A stretch of 63,482 bases of DNA, filler included, from Folioceros fuciformis (GCA_049999805.1; 5 parts of 5 records of this genome joined end to end with filler, not necessarily neighbours in it); one strand, 5' to 3'; positions 26,741 through 39,955 are shown, counted from the first letter of the whole stretch. The notes: generated from the sequence alone by a model not told the origin. Numbers and translations: made by a program.

Positions 26741-29597
26741 TTGAACGTGCTGCAGGCCGAGGCCCAGAATCGGATAATCTTCATCTGCCCGCCTCGACGT
26801 ACGCCTGCGCATAGGCAGTGGCAGTACTAGTGGGCACACGACAACGATGTTATGGTGGGTGCTGTGTCACCTCACCGGTACCTCTCCTCGTGTCGCATGT
26901 CCTCTCAGCTGCTTCCCGCATGCTGGCCTCGCTCAACCATCTACCCGATACCTGCCCGAGCTTCTCATGCCTCACATTATCCAGGCAGCTGCGCATGGAG
27001 CAGGCTGCAGGCTCCCATTATCCAGTATCCAGCCGCGGCGCGCAGCGTGCACACAACTCGCCGGGTCCCTTTCCACTAGTCTTCCTAGTGTGCAAACTTG
27101 AAATGCCATTGGACGCGCCCCCTTTAGCAGCCTGCTTCCGCTGCCGCTGCCGCTGCCCCTACCCCTGCCCTGGCCCCTGCCCCTCCTCACAGACAGCCTG
27201 CTGCAGACCTGCAATGCTGTTGTCCATGCGCTAGTAGCAGTAGTGGGGGTTGGTGACGGTGACACGTCGCCCAGTCATTCTCGCCACATTGCCCTTGTGC
27301 TGGTACACAGGACCGTCACATGCTTTCGTCCCTTGCCCCCTGGCTGCCGGGACCATGACCACGACGATCCAGACGGGTGACGGTGACGATGAGATCGGGC
27401 AGGAGTCCAGGACGGAACGTAACGGGACTCATCGTAACGGGACTGAACGGGGCCCCGGGACAGGACAACCCCCGTCTTCAATCACATGTTTTCTTCAGTC
27501 ACCTGAGACACCCCGGCGCCTTCACACTCTCTTGCTCCTCTACTCGGAGTCGTAAGGGTAGGTAGGTAGCTAGGTAGCTAGCTAAATACAAAAACTTGGC
27601 ACCTGTACAAGTCCTGGGCCCAGGCCCTGCCTTCCCTGTATCAGGCTCCGTTTCCAATGTAGTTTGGAGAGCCCTCACATGCAGTAGTTTTATCACGTTG
27701 TTTCCGTTCTCTACGGTAGATGGGTTTTTCTATGTTGTTTTTTTTAAATCAATAAATTTATTTTACAACATACAATGTTGGCTATCCAACTTTTTTTAAT
27801 AACACACAATGTTGGCTGTCCAGGTACTTGTCATTTGTCAACAAAGAATCAAGAATAAGTAATTGATGAAACTATGTAAATATAGTTGTTATTTTATTAG
27901 TCGTATAATTATAATTCTAACTATTTTATTATTATTATTATTAAAAATCTGGAATTAAATATCTGGGTTTAAGGTTTTAAAATATGAGAGATAGTTTAGA
28001 CAATCTCAATTTGGCAAGTTTGAATTTAGCAATAACATATTTCTTTGTCTTCACAAGTTTTGTGTAACACAATGAAAATGACAATCAAACTAGTGTTTAT
28101 CCTGTATTTTTAAATAAAATATTATCTTCCTCTTTATGAAATAATAATATAACATATCTTTAACCATCTAATTTTTTTTTTTAAGTATTCATGATTGACA
28201 TAGCTAGCCTTTTAAGACTTGTTATGTTTCCAAAAGCATTTCTTGTTGACTAGGCAAGCCATGATGTCGGGATGCAAGCTTCTTGAGCCATTATTCGTCA
28301 ACCCATATCCCATGCCGGTTTCTTGGGCCGTTATTCTTGAATGTGTTTTTATTCTCAGCCCTTGTTGCATAGTGGTTGGTTTCAGGGTGTGTGCAGTCTT
28401 CTTCACCTTTTGTAGTTTCATAATATATGCTTCGAACTTTCCACGTTAATAATTATATTTTGACAAGTTAAACATAAATGGCTTATTATATGAATATTGA
28501 AATATATAAAAATACATTATAAATATTAAGTATTTTCAGACACAGAAGTGATATTTTATAAGTTTGGATAAGTTTGAACATTATTGGGGCTACACACATA
28601 AAGGACATAAACTTCCTTAGTTCGAGGAAATGATGTCACGATGATGTCATGTTGTATAAAAGAAAATGAATAAAAATAGGAGAGGAATATTCTGTTGATA
28701 TTCAAGAAGTTAGAAATTTAAGAAAATATGAAATGAATTAAGAGGAAATTTTGAGGAAATAAGCAGGGAGGGGCAGGAATATGCAAGGAAATAAAGGGAT
28801 TATAGGGAGGTGATGGTAATTCAAACGATGGGGCCGCCGCCAAGTAAGTGGAGCAAGAGAATATTCTAGGGTGTAGTAGGGCTGCGAGCACTCGAGGCTG
28901 GAGCGGAAGGTACGCGAAAGGAAACAAAATCTGACCGTCACGTTTGGTTGCATCGAGGTGGGGCAGTCAAAAAGAGGCCATCGGGGCATGGCAGCGCACG
29001 CCATGGCAGAGGAACAGCAGATTACGTGGGGCCAAGTGCTCATTGCTCTCGCCTCTTCTGGGCTCGAGCTGTGGTCATGAGATGAGAGTGTGCAGGAGCG
29101 GCATGCAGTAGTGACAAGGCCCATCGATTCTGTGGCACAGCCAATGCTGGTAGCCCACCTCCTGCCTGCCCCCGCTGCTCTCGACGCCTTTCCTTCCTCC
29201 TCCCTCCAGTTGGGCGGCCTGTACAGTCCGGAACGCAACGCCCGTTCCCAGTCGCAGTCGCAGTCTCAGGCCCCGTCCCCGGTGCCAGGCGCCCCGCGCC
29301 CCGCACCCGGCACCCGGCATTCCGTCTCGGTACGCTCTCCCTACCTCTCGGCCTGTGTGATGCCCCCACCATAAATTGCTGCCCCTCTTTCAAGCTCAGA
29401 TTCAGGCTGCAGGAGCGGAGCGTAGCACAGCACAGCAGCGGACAGAGCACAGCGCAGCAGAGAGTAGCTGCCGGCTACTGGTGGCTTGAGATGCACGCTT
29501 GAGCCTCCGGGCAGCTGGGCTGCTGGTCGTGCTTGCACTGCTGCTGCCGCTGCTGCTGATCCTGCCGCTGCTGCTGATCCTGCCGCTGCTTGCCGCC

Positions 29598-32381
29598 ATG
29601 GCGGCCATGTACCAGCTGGCGCTCATGGTCCGCAATCCGCAACCTCAGAACGAGGATTACGAGTTGTTGCTCACCCCGCAGCGGAGGCCCACGCCTCCTG
29701 AAGCCCAGGGGTTCTGGGACACGGAGCTCTTTGACCTGCCGGCGGCTGCGCTTTCTCCGCTCAAGGCTCCCCTCAAGGCTCCCCACCGCTCCCCTCCCAC
29801 TGACCTCCAGGATTATCCAATTCCAACCGTCGTGCGCCAAGTGCAAGCCTCGCTGCACAGCATCGGCCTCAGGGGCTTCGATGTGAGCGAGGCTGTGAGT
29901 AAGGTGGGTTGCCTCTGCCGCGCCTACCACGCCTGGTGTCGCTGCTGCTGCTGCTTCTAGGCACCCTTCTTTTCATTGCTTCCGCGACGTCCCGGTCATG
30001 TTTCTTGGGAGTGCGGGAGGCTGCTGCTGTGCTCATTGGGAGGTTTGCTGTCTGTGTTCTTGAGTGCAGATTGTGTTGCTTACTGCTACCAGTGTTTTAG
30101 CCCGTCCATGGAGACTGTGGAAGCTGGTTGAGGAGGCCGATTTCGGGCCAGCCCCCCCTCTGCACACGATCGTATTTATGACTGATGTGTTTGCTGCCCC
30201 TGACCTGCTTCGAGGTATGGTGGCGTGCGCCTTACGCTTGCTGCTTTGTCCTTCCCCCGTGAGGCCTGCCTAAAGGGACTAACCGTCTGATGGTGTCGGG
30301 TGCAGGTGGTGGACTGTGGATGGACTCCTGTGCGGCTATGGATTTGCTTATCAATGCAAGCACACAAGTGGTTCGCATTGGGAAGCTGGCGACGCACGCC
30401 TTCTCCCCCCATTTTCCAGAAGGCTTATCTTTAAGGTTTCCGCTTCGTGTGCCTGGTCAGGTATGTTCTTGTGCTCAGCTGTTTCGAGGGAATCAGCCCT
30501 CTGGCTCTCCAGGGTTCTACTTGACTGGAGCGTGAAAGCATCAGTGATTTGAAGGTAGCTCCGCCGTCCTTTCTGTCTGCAGGATTACCCTCCTGGCTTT
30601 TTGGTCGTGCCCATGGATTCATGTACCATGAGGCCCTTCAGCAAGACCAATCTTGTTGTTTTCGCTCCTACTGTTGCTTTAGGAGATGAAAGTGATGCTT
30701 CACTCGCTGCTGCAACTGGAGGTGCTTTGATTGTCGATCCTGGCTGCTCTGCTCACGGTCGAGGACTGGTATGTTGGATGTCAACTCATGCTTTCGTGTC
30801 AGCCAAAAATCGTGCACGGATGAAGGGTTGTGTTGGGCTCATACTTGGTTCGGTGGGAATTCAGCTGCGCGACGTAGTGGCCAATCTGCAAGGACGATTG
30901 CTGGTTTTCTTAACGCATCACCACTTCGACCACACCGCTGGTAACTACCACTTTTGCAACGGAAGTGAGTCTCTGTTTCGCTTTCACCTCTTTGTGACGG
31001 TCATCTGACACTTGTTCGGACCGAATGTGTGGGTGCATTAGGCCTTTCAGCTTTGAAAGATAGAGAAGTGGTTCTCCTCGCACACCAGGCTACTTTCCGT
31101 CGGATGGGAGCAGGTATGGCCGTTGGCACGTACTTTTCTCGGCTGCTAAAGTTCCATGATGGTGACTGGCGCAAACGGACTGGCTAACCTTCCGAGTGGG
31201 AACTTTTGCAGCTGTGAACGGCTTCACTTATGTGGCTGTGAATGGAGGCAGCAAGTTGAACGTGGCTGGCCAAGAACTGGAAGTAATATCGGCACCGGTA
31301 AGATCACGTCTGAACCGTTGTGATGGTGGCAAGTTGGGTCAGGGCTGTACCATGAAGTGAAGAGGGTCTCTGAACATTTATGTTTCCTTCTTGTCAGGGA
31401 CACACGGATGGCCACCTTGCACTATTTCATCGGTCGACTGGGTGTCTCGTGGCTGGAGATCACTGTGTGGGGTAAGTAAGGCCCGATGCTTGTGATACAA
31501 CAAAGTGTTGAAAATTCTTGTCATCATTAGCTTACTCGTTGTGGGGCTTTGTCGGCAGGCAGGGAAGCTCTGTTCTGGATGTGAACTCTGGTGGAAACAT
31601 GAAGGTAGGTGAAGTGTGCCTCTCCAGTTAGCTGTCGTGCTCGCTGTGTGCGCTCGTCAAATTGCAATTACCGCAGCCGCTTACGTCTCACGTTTCGTGT
31701 CAATCAGGATTACATCGAGACTACGCGCCGATTCATCGCGCTGCATCCGAAAATTATTTTGCCGTCACACGGGCGTCCCAACTTCTGGCCGATGCACATG
31801 CTGAATGAATACATCAAGTAGGCTACGGTGACCAAGTGTCTCTTCATGCAAATTCTTATCTCTTCCCAGGTGACTGACCTGGCAGCGATGCGTGTGATGT
31901 GCAGGCACAGAATGAGCCGAGAGGCAAAGATCCTTAAAGCGATTGAAGGTGGGGCACAATCGGCATTCGAGATTGTTTCCCAAGTGTATTCAGACACATC
32001 ACCCACACTCTGGGCCGCAGCCCTGTCGAATGTGAAGCTGCATGTGGAGCACCTCGATTTTTGGAAGAAACTTCCTCCGGTACGTATCATGGTTTCCAAG
32101 TCTCTGTCCTCCGCTTTTTCTCCTCAAAAGTGTCCCTAGTTGGTGTGGCAGTGACAACTGATTCAATCCACTCTTGACAGGGGTTTTCTATCAAAAACTT
32201 TCAGCAGAGTTGTGGGACGAACTTTATAGTGAGGTGTATCCCGGCTGTTACTGGCCGAGTTATTCGTAAGCCCCTTGTGCAGATGAGCAAGGCACCTTTG
32301 GCAAATGGTGTTTCGGTTATGGTTCTGGTTGGTGCTTGTGCAGTGTTACTGTCTAGGAAAGGGCATTCAGTTCATGCTTGA
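29598..32381 (+). CDS. Metallo-beta-lactamase-fold hydrolase, LACTB2-like with a plant-type N-terminal extension (At1g25375-like; multi-exon)
   Basis: TNLVVFAP, ALIVDPGC, metal-binding THHHFDH (HxHxDH), APGHTDGH, AGDHCVG, LPSHGRP and a winged-helix-like HRMSREAKIL...VYSD...NVKLHVEHL, followed by a hydrophobic C-terminal tail. Confidence 0.88.
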
Positions 32382-32914
32382 TAGGAGAAGTCATTGACAG
32401 ATAACCTAAAGTTGGTGGTGCTCGAACTGTGAGCGATCAGCGAGATACTCGAGCTGGTTGTCGGTAATGAGAGCCCGGTAGTTCAACTCAAGTGACTGTA
32501 GCAGAAAACATCTGATGCATTGCTGGTTTCTAGGCTAGTGCAAACTTCCTGTTCAAAATGTACCCATGTGTAAAGCATAGAGCTTCCACGAACCTCAGAG
32601 ATTCCTGTACTATCTTAGACCTTGGACCCTCAGCTGGTAAGTTGGTGAGACTTATCAGGTGGAAAACGTGACGAAAAGCTTTGTAAATTACGGTGGTTAG
32701 ACGCACCTCTAATCAATGGCTTCATAACGGAGCACAATGTGCAATTCTGTAAGTAGGACAAATCCAATCCGCGACTAATTTCACAACCGATGAAAGCGCA
32801 AAACTGAAATTTCGGCAATTGTAAGGCATCAGCCTCGTGTGGTAGTCGCAGACCCAGTACCATAGGCCTGCCAATTTCCAGATCGTCTCATGTGCTTTTG
32901 CAGTCTATGTGTCG

Positions 32915-34087
32915 TCAAAAAGAAGTCAGAACGTTGTTCTGCTTCTTGGCATGTCTTGCAATCTTGGACCACTCGGTGTGGAAGCTGCCTTCCAGGTCAA
33001 TACGCTCATAAGTGTGGGCTCCGAAGTAATCTCGCTGAGCTTGCACCAAATTAGCAGGAAGGCGAGCCCTCCTGTATGTGTCGAAATAAGCGAGGCTGGC
33101 GCTCATACCTAATCGAAATGACATGACATGGTTAAACTTGACACAACATACATGCGTACCAACGAAAGAAGCAGCTGCACCTACCTGGTGTGCTCACGCC
33201 GGCTTGTATGGCAAGAGACACCACACGCCTCCACGCTGCTTGCCTGTCCACCATCTCCCTTGCAAATTCAGGGTCTACCAACAACGAGGACAAAGAGGGG
33301 TTACGATCGTAAGCCTTCTTGATCCGGTCCAGGAAGATGGCCCTTATGATGCAGCCACCCTTCCAAATGCGAGCAAGTTCTCCCAGATTCAGGTTCCACC
33401 CCTTCTCCAAGCTCTTGGCGCGGATGAGATTCATGCCCTGCGCGTAGCTGCAGATCTTGGAGGCGTAAAGCGCTTGACGCACATCAACGATGAGCTGCTT
33501 CTTGTCCAAATTCTTGACCGCGGCCACATCATGCAAACCTATTTCAGCAAAAATTCTGGCCGCCTCCACCCTCTCCTCCTTAAGCCCGCTGAGGAAGCGG
33601 GAGTCGAGGGAGGCGGCAATGGTAGGCGCTGCGACGGACAAGTCCGCTGCCTGCTGTACCGTCCACTTCCCCGTCCCCTTCATCCCCGTCTTGTCCAAAA
33701 TCTTGTCCACCAGCTCCCCGCTGCTGTTGTAGTCCTTGACGGAGAAAATGTCGGCGGTGATCTCCACAAGGAAGCTCTCCAGCTCGCCCCGGTTCCACTC
33801 CGCGAAAGTCTGGTGCAGTTCCTCGTTAGTGAGTCCCCCCACGTTCTTGAGCACGTCGTAAGCCTCAGAGATGAGCTGCATGTCACCGTACTCAATGCCA
33901 TTGTGCACCATCTTGACGAAGTTGCCCGCCCCGCCGTGCCCGACGTAGGTGACGCAGGGCCCGTCGTCCACCTGTGCAGCAATCTTGGTCACAACATCCT
34001 CGATGTAGCGGTATGCCTCCGGCGTGCCCCCGGGCATGAGGGACGGGCCGTGCCGAGCTCCCTCCTCCCCGCCGCTCACCCCCATCC
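32915..34087 (-). CDS. PGD: 6-phosphogluconate dehydrogenase (decarboxylating); 5' part lost at the contig end; intron 33109-33184
   Basis: [61 protein letters not shown] and [20 protein letters not shown]. Confidence 0.96.
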
Positions 34088-34187
34088 NNNNNNNNNNNNN
34101 NNNNNNNNNNNNNNNNNNNNNNNNNNNNNNNTTAATTAATTAANNNNNNNNNNNNNNNNNNNNNNNNNNNNNNNNNNNNNNNNNNNN
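34088..34187. other. Artificial contig linker
   Basis: N44-TTAATTAATTAA-N44. Confidence 0.98.
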
Positions 34188-34456
34188 CTCCACTCCCCGT
34201 CCCCGCACCTCCTACTGCTTGCGCCTGCTCAACAGTCCTAACCTACAGTATTGTCTCCCACTACGCTCCTGTTGCAAGGCCCTCGTCCATTTACAACCAT
34301 GGACCTGTGCGAAGTTCGAATTCCCAAGATCTCTCATCAGGGGCCATGCAGGCCCCCCTAGCCACCCCCTCCCTCACATCGCAGGCAGCAAGGACCTCAT
34401 TCCTTTGGCTGTGCCTGCGAGGACCTCATCGCTTTAGCTACTTTGCGAGTCCCACC

Positions 34457-34648
34457 ATGGCCATTGTTGCCGCTGAACAAGCTCCAAACACCAACTTGTG
34501 CATTCCTGCATTCGGAGAAAAAGAAAAAGAAGAATTCTATTCGAGTCCACTGAAGATGGATTTCCGTCAGTACGTATTGAACAACTTGGACCATGGCCAA
34601 CCTACCTACTTCTCCAAGGCCATCCTCTCCTTTCAGCATCCCATCTAA
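34457..34648 (+). CDS. Candidate 63-aa small ORF / uORF of unknown family
   Basis: CCACCATGG start context after a C-rich leader, followed by a U-rich GT-AG intron-like segment (34696-34840). No family recognised. Confidence 0.3.
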   Translation: MAIVAAEQAPNTNLCIPAFGEKEKEEFYSSPLKMDFRQYVLNNLDHGQPTYFSKAILSFQHPI

Positions 34649-36361
34649 TCACAGTTTGAGATTAGGATGCTGAATCCCGTGTCTAAGCTACAGTGGTAAT
34701 CGCGTGTTTGCTTGTTCAACTTTCTCCCTTATTTTGTGAAACTGCTGTATGTACTTGGGTTGCAGCTTGTGTGTGATCGCTTGTTTGTGTTGCGGAACTT
34801 TTCGTTGAGCGACTTTTTCGTGTTTTCATTCCACTTGTAGAAGAAATTGAGATCAGTGGACAACAATTGAAAGATGAGGGAGGAGTCTGTGTAGATGCGG
34901 CAACAGCTGAACGAGAGCATGTACTGGATATGTGACGCGGGACGAGGATGAGGTGCCCTGTGTATTTTTGGTTGGTTAACTCAGTCTGCTGAGACGAGGC
35001 GGACGAAGATCTAGAGGAGAGGTCTGGCGCTTGGTTGTTGTAAGCACAAAGCTAGGTCCGGAGGCATGTGGACAGAGGGCGGGCGATTTGTCGCTGTTCT
35101 CCAAGAGAGGTTTCATATCGAAATGGTGTGGGACGGAAATTTTGACATCAAAAGACGTTCGTTTCAAGAAAGTCGTCATGGACGATACGATGAGCTGAAG
35201 AGCAGCGACCAATGCTTGCTTTCTGTGTGGGATCAACGCTATGCTCAAGTGGAAATTCATGAAGAAGAAGACGGATGGCGATTCATCCTCACGAGACGAG
35301 TGGATCCGGCCGGGAGAAGGTTCCAATTCGGATGCCTATTGCCTGGCTTGTGTCTTATGAGACCCTGCTAGGAGGTGTCGAGATCGGCATGAGAAGATCG
35401 GATTCCACTTCTATCCTCACTTCCAACCCTGCATTTGCACCGCGTGCCGCGCACCCTGTGGACTCCTAATGGATTTGTTGTTTCTGTCGCGAGTTGGCAA
35501 GGTGCAAATATGGGATAGTCCGTTCCTCCTGTATCATCTTTCTGTGCGCGCAATGCAATTGTGCTCGAAGATGTTGCGAAATTTGCAGGCCCTGTAGAAC
35601 GTCTCGATTCGAGATGAAGATGTCGGATCTGAAGCAATTTCCAACTCTGTTCTTTAAGCCGCGCACTTGCTATTGGTACTCCGATGGTTTCAGAACGGAA
35701 CGTGACCGAGGCTTGTAATCCGCACAACTGCAGTCTCTGTGTTGAGGGTGTACAGGGAGCCTTTGCAGTATTCAATTGATCACGTCTTTGGCTTTCGTTC
35801 AGCGGGTTGCTGTCCAGTAGAGGACGTGATCAGTCTGCAGGTGCAAGTGTCAGCTGAATGCGAGATTTAGCGGGGAAGGAAGGAAGGAAACCGTCGATTG
35901 AAACGCTGTGTGCATCTCTGCTAACGTGTGCTTGCGTTCTTTGGAGGTTGTGAAGGATTACAACCATCTTGCTTCTTTCATCCCGGCCAAGAGAGTATTA
36001 GCCACATGCACAACATTGATAGGACTGCAGACATTGTTCTCGCTCCCCCGTGCTTAGCAACGTGCGGGAGCCTTAGGTCATCGCGATCGTGTGGCAGAGA
36101 AGAAACTCAGACCTCAAAGTATGGACCGATTCTTGAGCATTATGAAATTTGCGCGACACCTTTGGAATGACTCTGCTAGACGTATCATCTTTCCAACAAC
36201 GATCACACTTCAAAGCTTAAACAACAAAAGGTCCTCATCGAGCTGATGATGGAGCTGTACAGTGTATATACATGCAGCAAAGTACCCCAGCTACCTCATA
36301 CTGATTACATCGGTGGACTACTGGAGGAACGAGCTGAGAGCAGCGCACATCGCACCCCAGC

Positions 36362-36906
36362 CTACACCACGCACTCTCCATTATAACAGTGCTTCGGGAT
36401 CCCAACTTCGCCCTTAGGAGGAGGTCTGCAAGCGACGCCACATTTCCCGCAGTTGTCGTCGTCGTTTCGAGTATTGACGCACTGACCATTGCAGCAGGTG
36501 TACCCCTTGACGCAATGAAACTTGCAGAGCTTTCCAGGAACGCATTTTCCTGCCACGCATTTCTGTCCTTTCTTGCAGGGATAAGTGCAAGAGCCGCAGT
36601 AGCCAGGATTGGTGTGCAGATCCACGCAGCCGCGCCTGGGATAGTTGTAAGGTGAAGCTGGATTTGGCTTGCAGCAGGTGAGCTTCATTTGCGCGCAGTA
36701 CTGCATTGCGTAACATGCTTTTGTGAAAAATCTTAACGAGACGCACAGATCTCCTTTCTTCGCTAAGCGGTTTGACTTGCACTCACCTTCCTGCCAGATA
36801 CCGGGCAGTTGCTTCGCAAAGGTTGCGCTGAAACTTTCTCCATCCACATACAGCAGGACAGAGCCATCAGGAGGAGACACAACAGAATTGCACGAAACGT
36901 GGCCAT
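36362..36906 (-). CDS. Secreted STIG1-like cysteine-rich protein, copy A (152 aa; exons 36906-36787, 36700-36362)
   Basis: Signal peptide MATFRAILLCLLLMALSCC..., a phase-0 intron (gtgagt...gcag), and CVDLHTNPGYCGSC..C and CCNGQCVNTRNDDDNCGKCGVAC STIG1-type repeats; 20 Cys in the mature part. Confidence 0.85.
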
Positions 36907-38229
36907 GGTTGCTTGATCGGGACCGTCTCCAACCAGTACACGAGTCCAAAGCGTGCAAGAGCTCTGATCTGATGCTGGGGCAAGGACCTCGCCAACTGCA
37001 GAGGCGAGAACGGATGACTGCCCTATATGACAAGACGGGTACGCGCAGATCTATATATCGAGGACGAGGAAGGACGCCGCCCGTACCAGGAACAGACTTG
37101 GTATGGTTATCCGTGCGGAAGACTCGGTGGTGTCTCAAGTCCTGCGATTGTTGGCGTTATCCCACTGTGGGACTTGCTGTTTCCGTCAACCTTTACAGCA
37201 CGAAGTACCACTTCAACGTTTCCAGGATGGTACGGACTTACCAAATATGTACTCCTTAAGCACTTCGCACTCTGACTTTGCAAGTTTGCTGGTTAGTCAT
37301 TGACTGAGGCCTGCTTGACCAATTGCGGCTCAGCTTAGACTGCCTCACACATTTGCTTTCCTCGCAGTTGAAGTGATGCAGAAGAGGAGGAGGCCCACAT
37401 TTGCAAACCATTCTCACTGTAAAAACTTCTCTGGATTGGCTTGCCATGCAGATCATCCCGATCTCATAGAATGATAATACCATCATCCCAAGTGTATGAG
37501 AGCAAAGACCTACTAAGGGAAGACAGTTGACGATGGCGAGAGACTGATGGAAGACAGGTGAGGGTGGGAAGGTTTACTCCAGATATGGAGAGTAAACCTC
37601 TGCCCTTGTAGATAGCCATAGCCATGTACACCCGTGGTCACATATTTTCCAGTAGGTTCGATGGACTTTCCCATGCTGGCACCTTTCTTCTTGGTTAGGT
37701 AGGTTGCAAGCAATAAGCGTTGATCAAACCCTGTAGAGGATAAAAGGCCATGTGTCTGCAGTTGTTCTCCAGGAGATTGAACGTCCTCACCAATTTGCAA
37801 AGTTTGATGTTGATCCCAACCTGTTCTAAAGAAGCTTGACCCTGATATGTTTGTATTCCCTTCCATTTCTCTCGTACTGGAGGGTTTGGAGCAGGATGCT
37901 GGAATTCTGTGAGCAGCCAGCGTTTTCGGCGGTGAAATGCAGCAACCTGGCCCTCACACGCATGTCAAAGGGATCTCCAAATTTTGTGAGGAACACTTGA
38001 TGATTCAGCAGCCGATGACACAACGTCCAGGGACGAGAGTTGCGGATATAAGTTGAAACTGCTGGTGAGTTACCGCAACCTGCTGAAGAGCCAGACGTCT
38101 TCAAAAGACATAATGCAGGTAAAATTAATAGATATTCCCCCACTAATTGACAGGACCCTAAGAACACTTTAGCCTATTGCCTGGAGCCATAGATCAATTT
38201 GTTCCAGCCAATTATTATTATTAGGAAGC

Positions 38230-39790
38230 TATGACATGTCCACCAAAGGAACACTGAAAAAAGGTAATTAAATCAAAATTAGAATAAGACTTGGACACTA
38301 ACTAATCTATCTATGGATAGAAAATTAGTAGGATCTAAGTGGACTTTTAAAATTAATTTAAATGTTGATGGTAATATAGAAAAATACAAAGTTAGATTAA
38401 TGGTAAAAGGATATTCTTAGAAATACGGATTTGAATGTGATCAAATTTTAGTCCTGTACTTAAGATAACCTCACTTAGGATTCTTTTAGCTTTAGCATCT
38501 CACTATGACTATGAATTAATATAACTTGACATCAAGACACCTTTTTCATATCTCGACCTTGACCACACCATTTACATGGAGATTCCTGAGAGAATAATTG
38601 TCAAGGATAAAGCAAAGCACAATGCTTGCCTATTATTGAAGTCCTGATATGGACTTAAGCTTGCCTATTATTAAAGTCCTTATATGGACTTAAGCAGAGT
38701 ACTTTGAAATGGTACTCCAAGTTAGATGATATAGTCCTTATGTCTAACACTAAGACCACATTAGAAGAGACTAGATTTCAAATCTAGTCTCTTCTAAATG
38801 TTTAGCTAGCATAAGTTGCTAGCTAAACGTTTCTCTATGATTGACTACTTGTAGAGATCTTACTTTCTGCTTAGGCATTCAAGTTCTAAGGGATAGAAAG
38901 GTTAGAAGCATTCTTATTCACCAATCTAAGTATATTCAAGAGATTCTAACTAAGCTTAAGATATTAGAGGCTAAACCTATCTCAACGCCAATGGAGATTA
39001 ACCTTAAGCTCAGCAAGGAACCAGACCAACAAGATCACATTCCACACACTACTCCTCCTCCTTACTCTTCTACTATAGGTAGTCTTAAGTACCTTATGGT
39101 ATGCACTAGACCAGACCTATCATATTCAGTGGGAGCCTTGTCACAGTTCTTTTCAGCTCCTACTCAAGCTCACTAGAAGGCAATTAAAAGGATATTCAGA
39201 TACTTAAGAGCAACCTCGGATCTAGAGTTGCTTTACCAATCACACATCAAGCAAGGAGAGCCTCTACAACTTGAAGGCTTTAGCGATGCCGATTGGGCAA
39301 GCAACATTGATGATAGAAAGAATACAAGTAGCTATATATATATCTACTTGAAGGCATAACAACAAGTTGGAGTAGTAAGCGACAGCAGGTAGTGGAACTT
39401 AGCTCAACCAAGGCTGAGTATTACTCATTAACCCATGCATGCAAAAAACAGACTCTGGCAGCTCCTTCTACTTTCGGAGCTTCCTCCTTCTCCTTCCCAA
39501 AGAATTCCTAGGCCGCCTTCTACTTTCGGAGCTTCCTCCTTCTCCTTCCCAAAGAATTCCTAGGCGGTTTACAACGGCATCACGCTTACATATAATCCGA
39601 AGTTCCATGCTCAGTTCCATGTTCAAACAAAGCATGTGGAAGTGCAATTCCATTTTATAAGTAGTTGATGAAGGCAAACTTATTGTTCTATATTGTCCAA
39701 CAAAACAAATGACACCCGACGTGCTTGCAAAAGGCGCTCAGCTCCATCAAATACCAAGAACGTACAAGGAATATGGGGCTAAGAAGAATA
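38230..39790 (+). mobile_element. Degenerate Ty1/Copia RT-RNaseH fragment
   Basis: Broken frames spell GSKWTFK...KYKVRL, LDIKTPF, TIYMEIPE, YGLKQS, IGSLKYLMVCTRPDLSYSVG, GFSDADWA, SWSSKRQQVVELSSTKAEY and KHVEVQFHF. There are many stops and frameshifts plus local duplications (~38623-38696, ~39463-39565). Confidence 0.9.
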
Positions 39791-39862
39791 TTAGAAGTTA
39801 GCTAAAATACTCATCAGAATAGAAACTTAGACCTTACTGTCTAGGTTAGTAAACGTTTCGGT

Positions 39863-39955
39863 CTACAGACTAATACCAAAAGTCAAACTTAAGCTACAGA
39901 CTAATACCAAAAGTCAAACTTAAGCTACAGACTAATACCAAAAGTCAAACTTAAG
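39863..39955 (+). repeat. Perfect tandem repeat, 31 bp x3
   Basis: ctacagactaataccaaaagtcaaacttaag repeated three times with no spacers. Confidence 0.95.

Noticed and set aside
26462-26830. Pro-Gly-rich ORF (GPGSGPGSGPEPEP)
   Set aside because: It arises from a hexamer microsatellite that is open in several frames, with no gene structure around it.
33123-34139. 338-aa plus-strand ORF
   Set aside because: Antisense shadow of the GC3-rich 6PGD coding sequence. The same applies to 7736-8542 (ABC1K5) and 13758-14384 (FOLK).
36362-37138. 258-aa single-exon model for the STIG1-like gene
   Set aside because: The signal peptide lies in another frame and is joined by an intron conserved in the paralog; the long N-terminus is a chance read-through.
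39863-39955. 31-bp direct repeats as a CRISPR array
   Set aside because: The units abut with no spacers, there are no cas genes, and the context is a eukaryotic TE flank.
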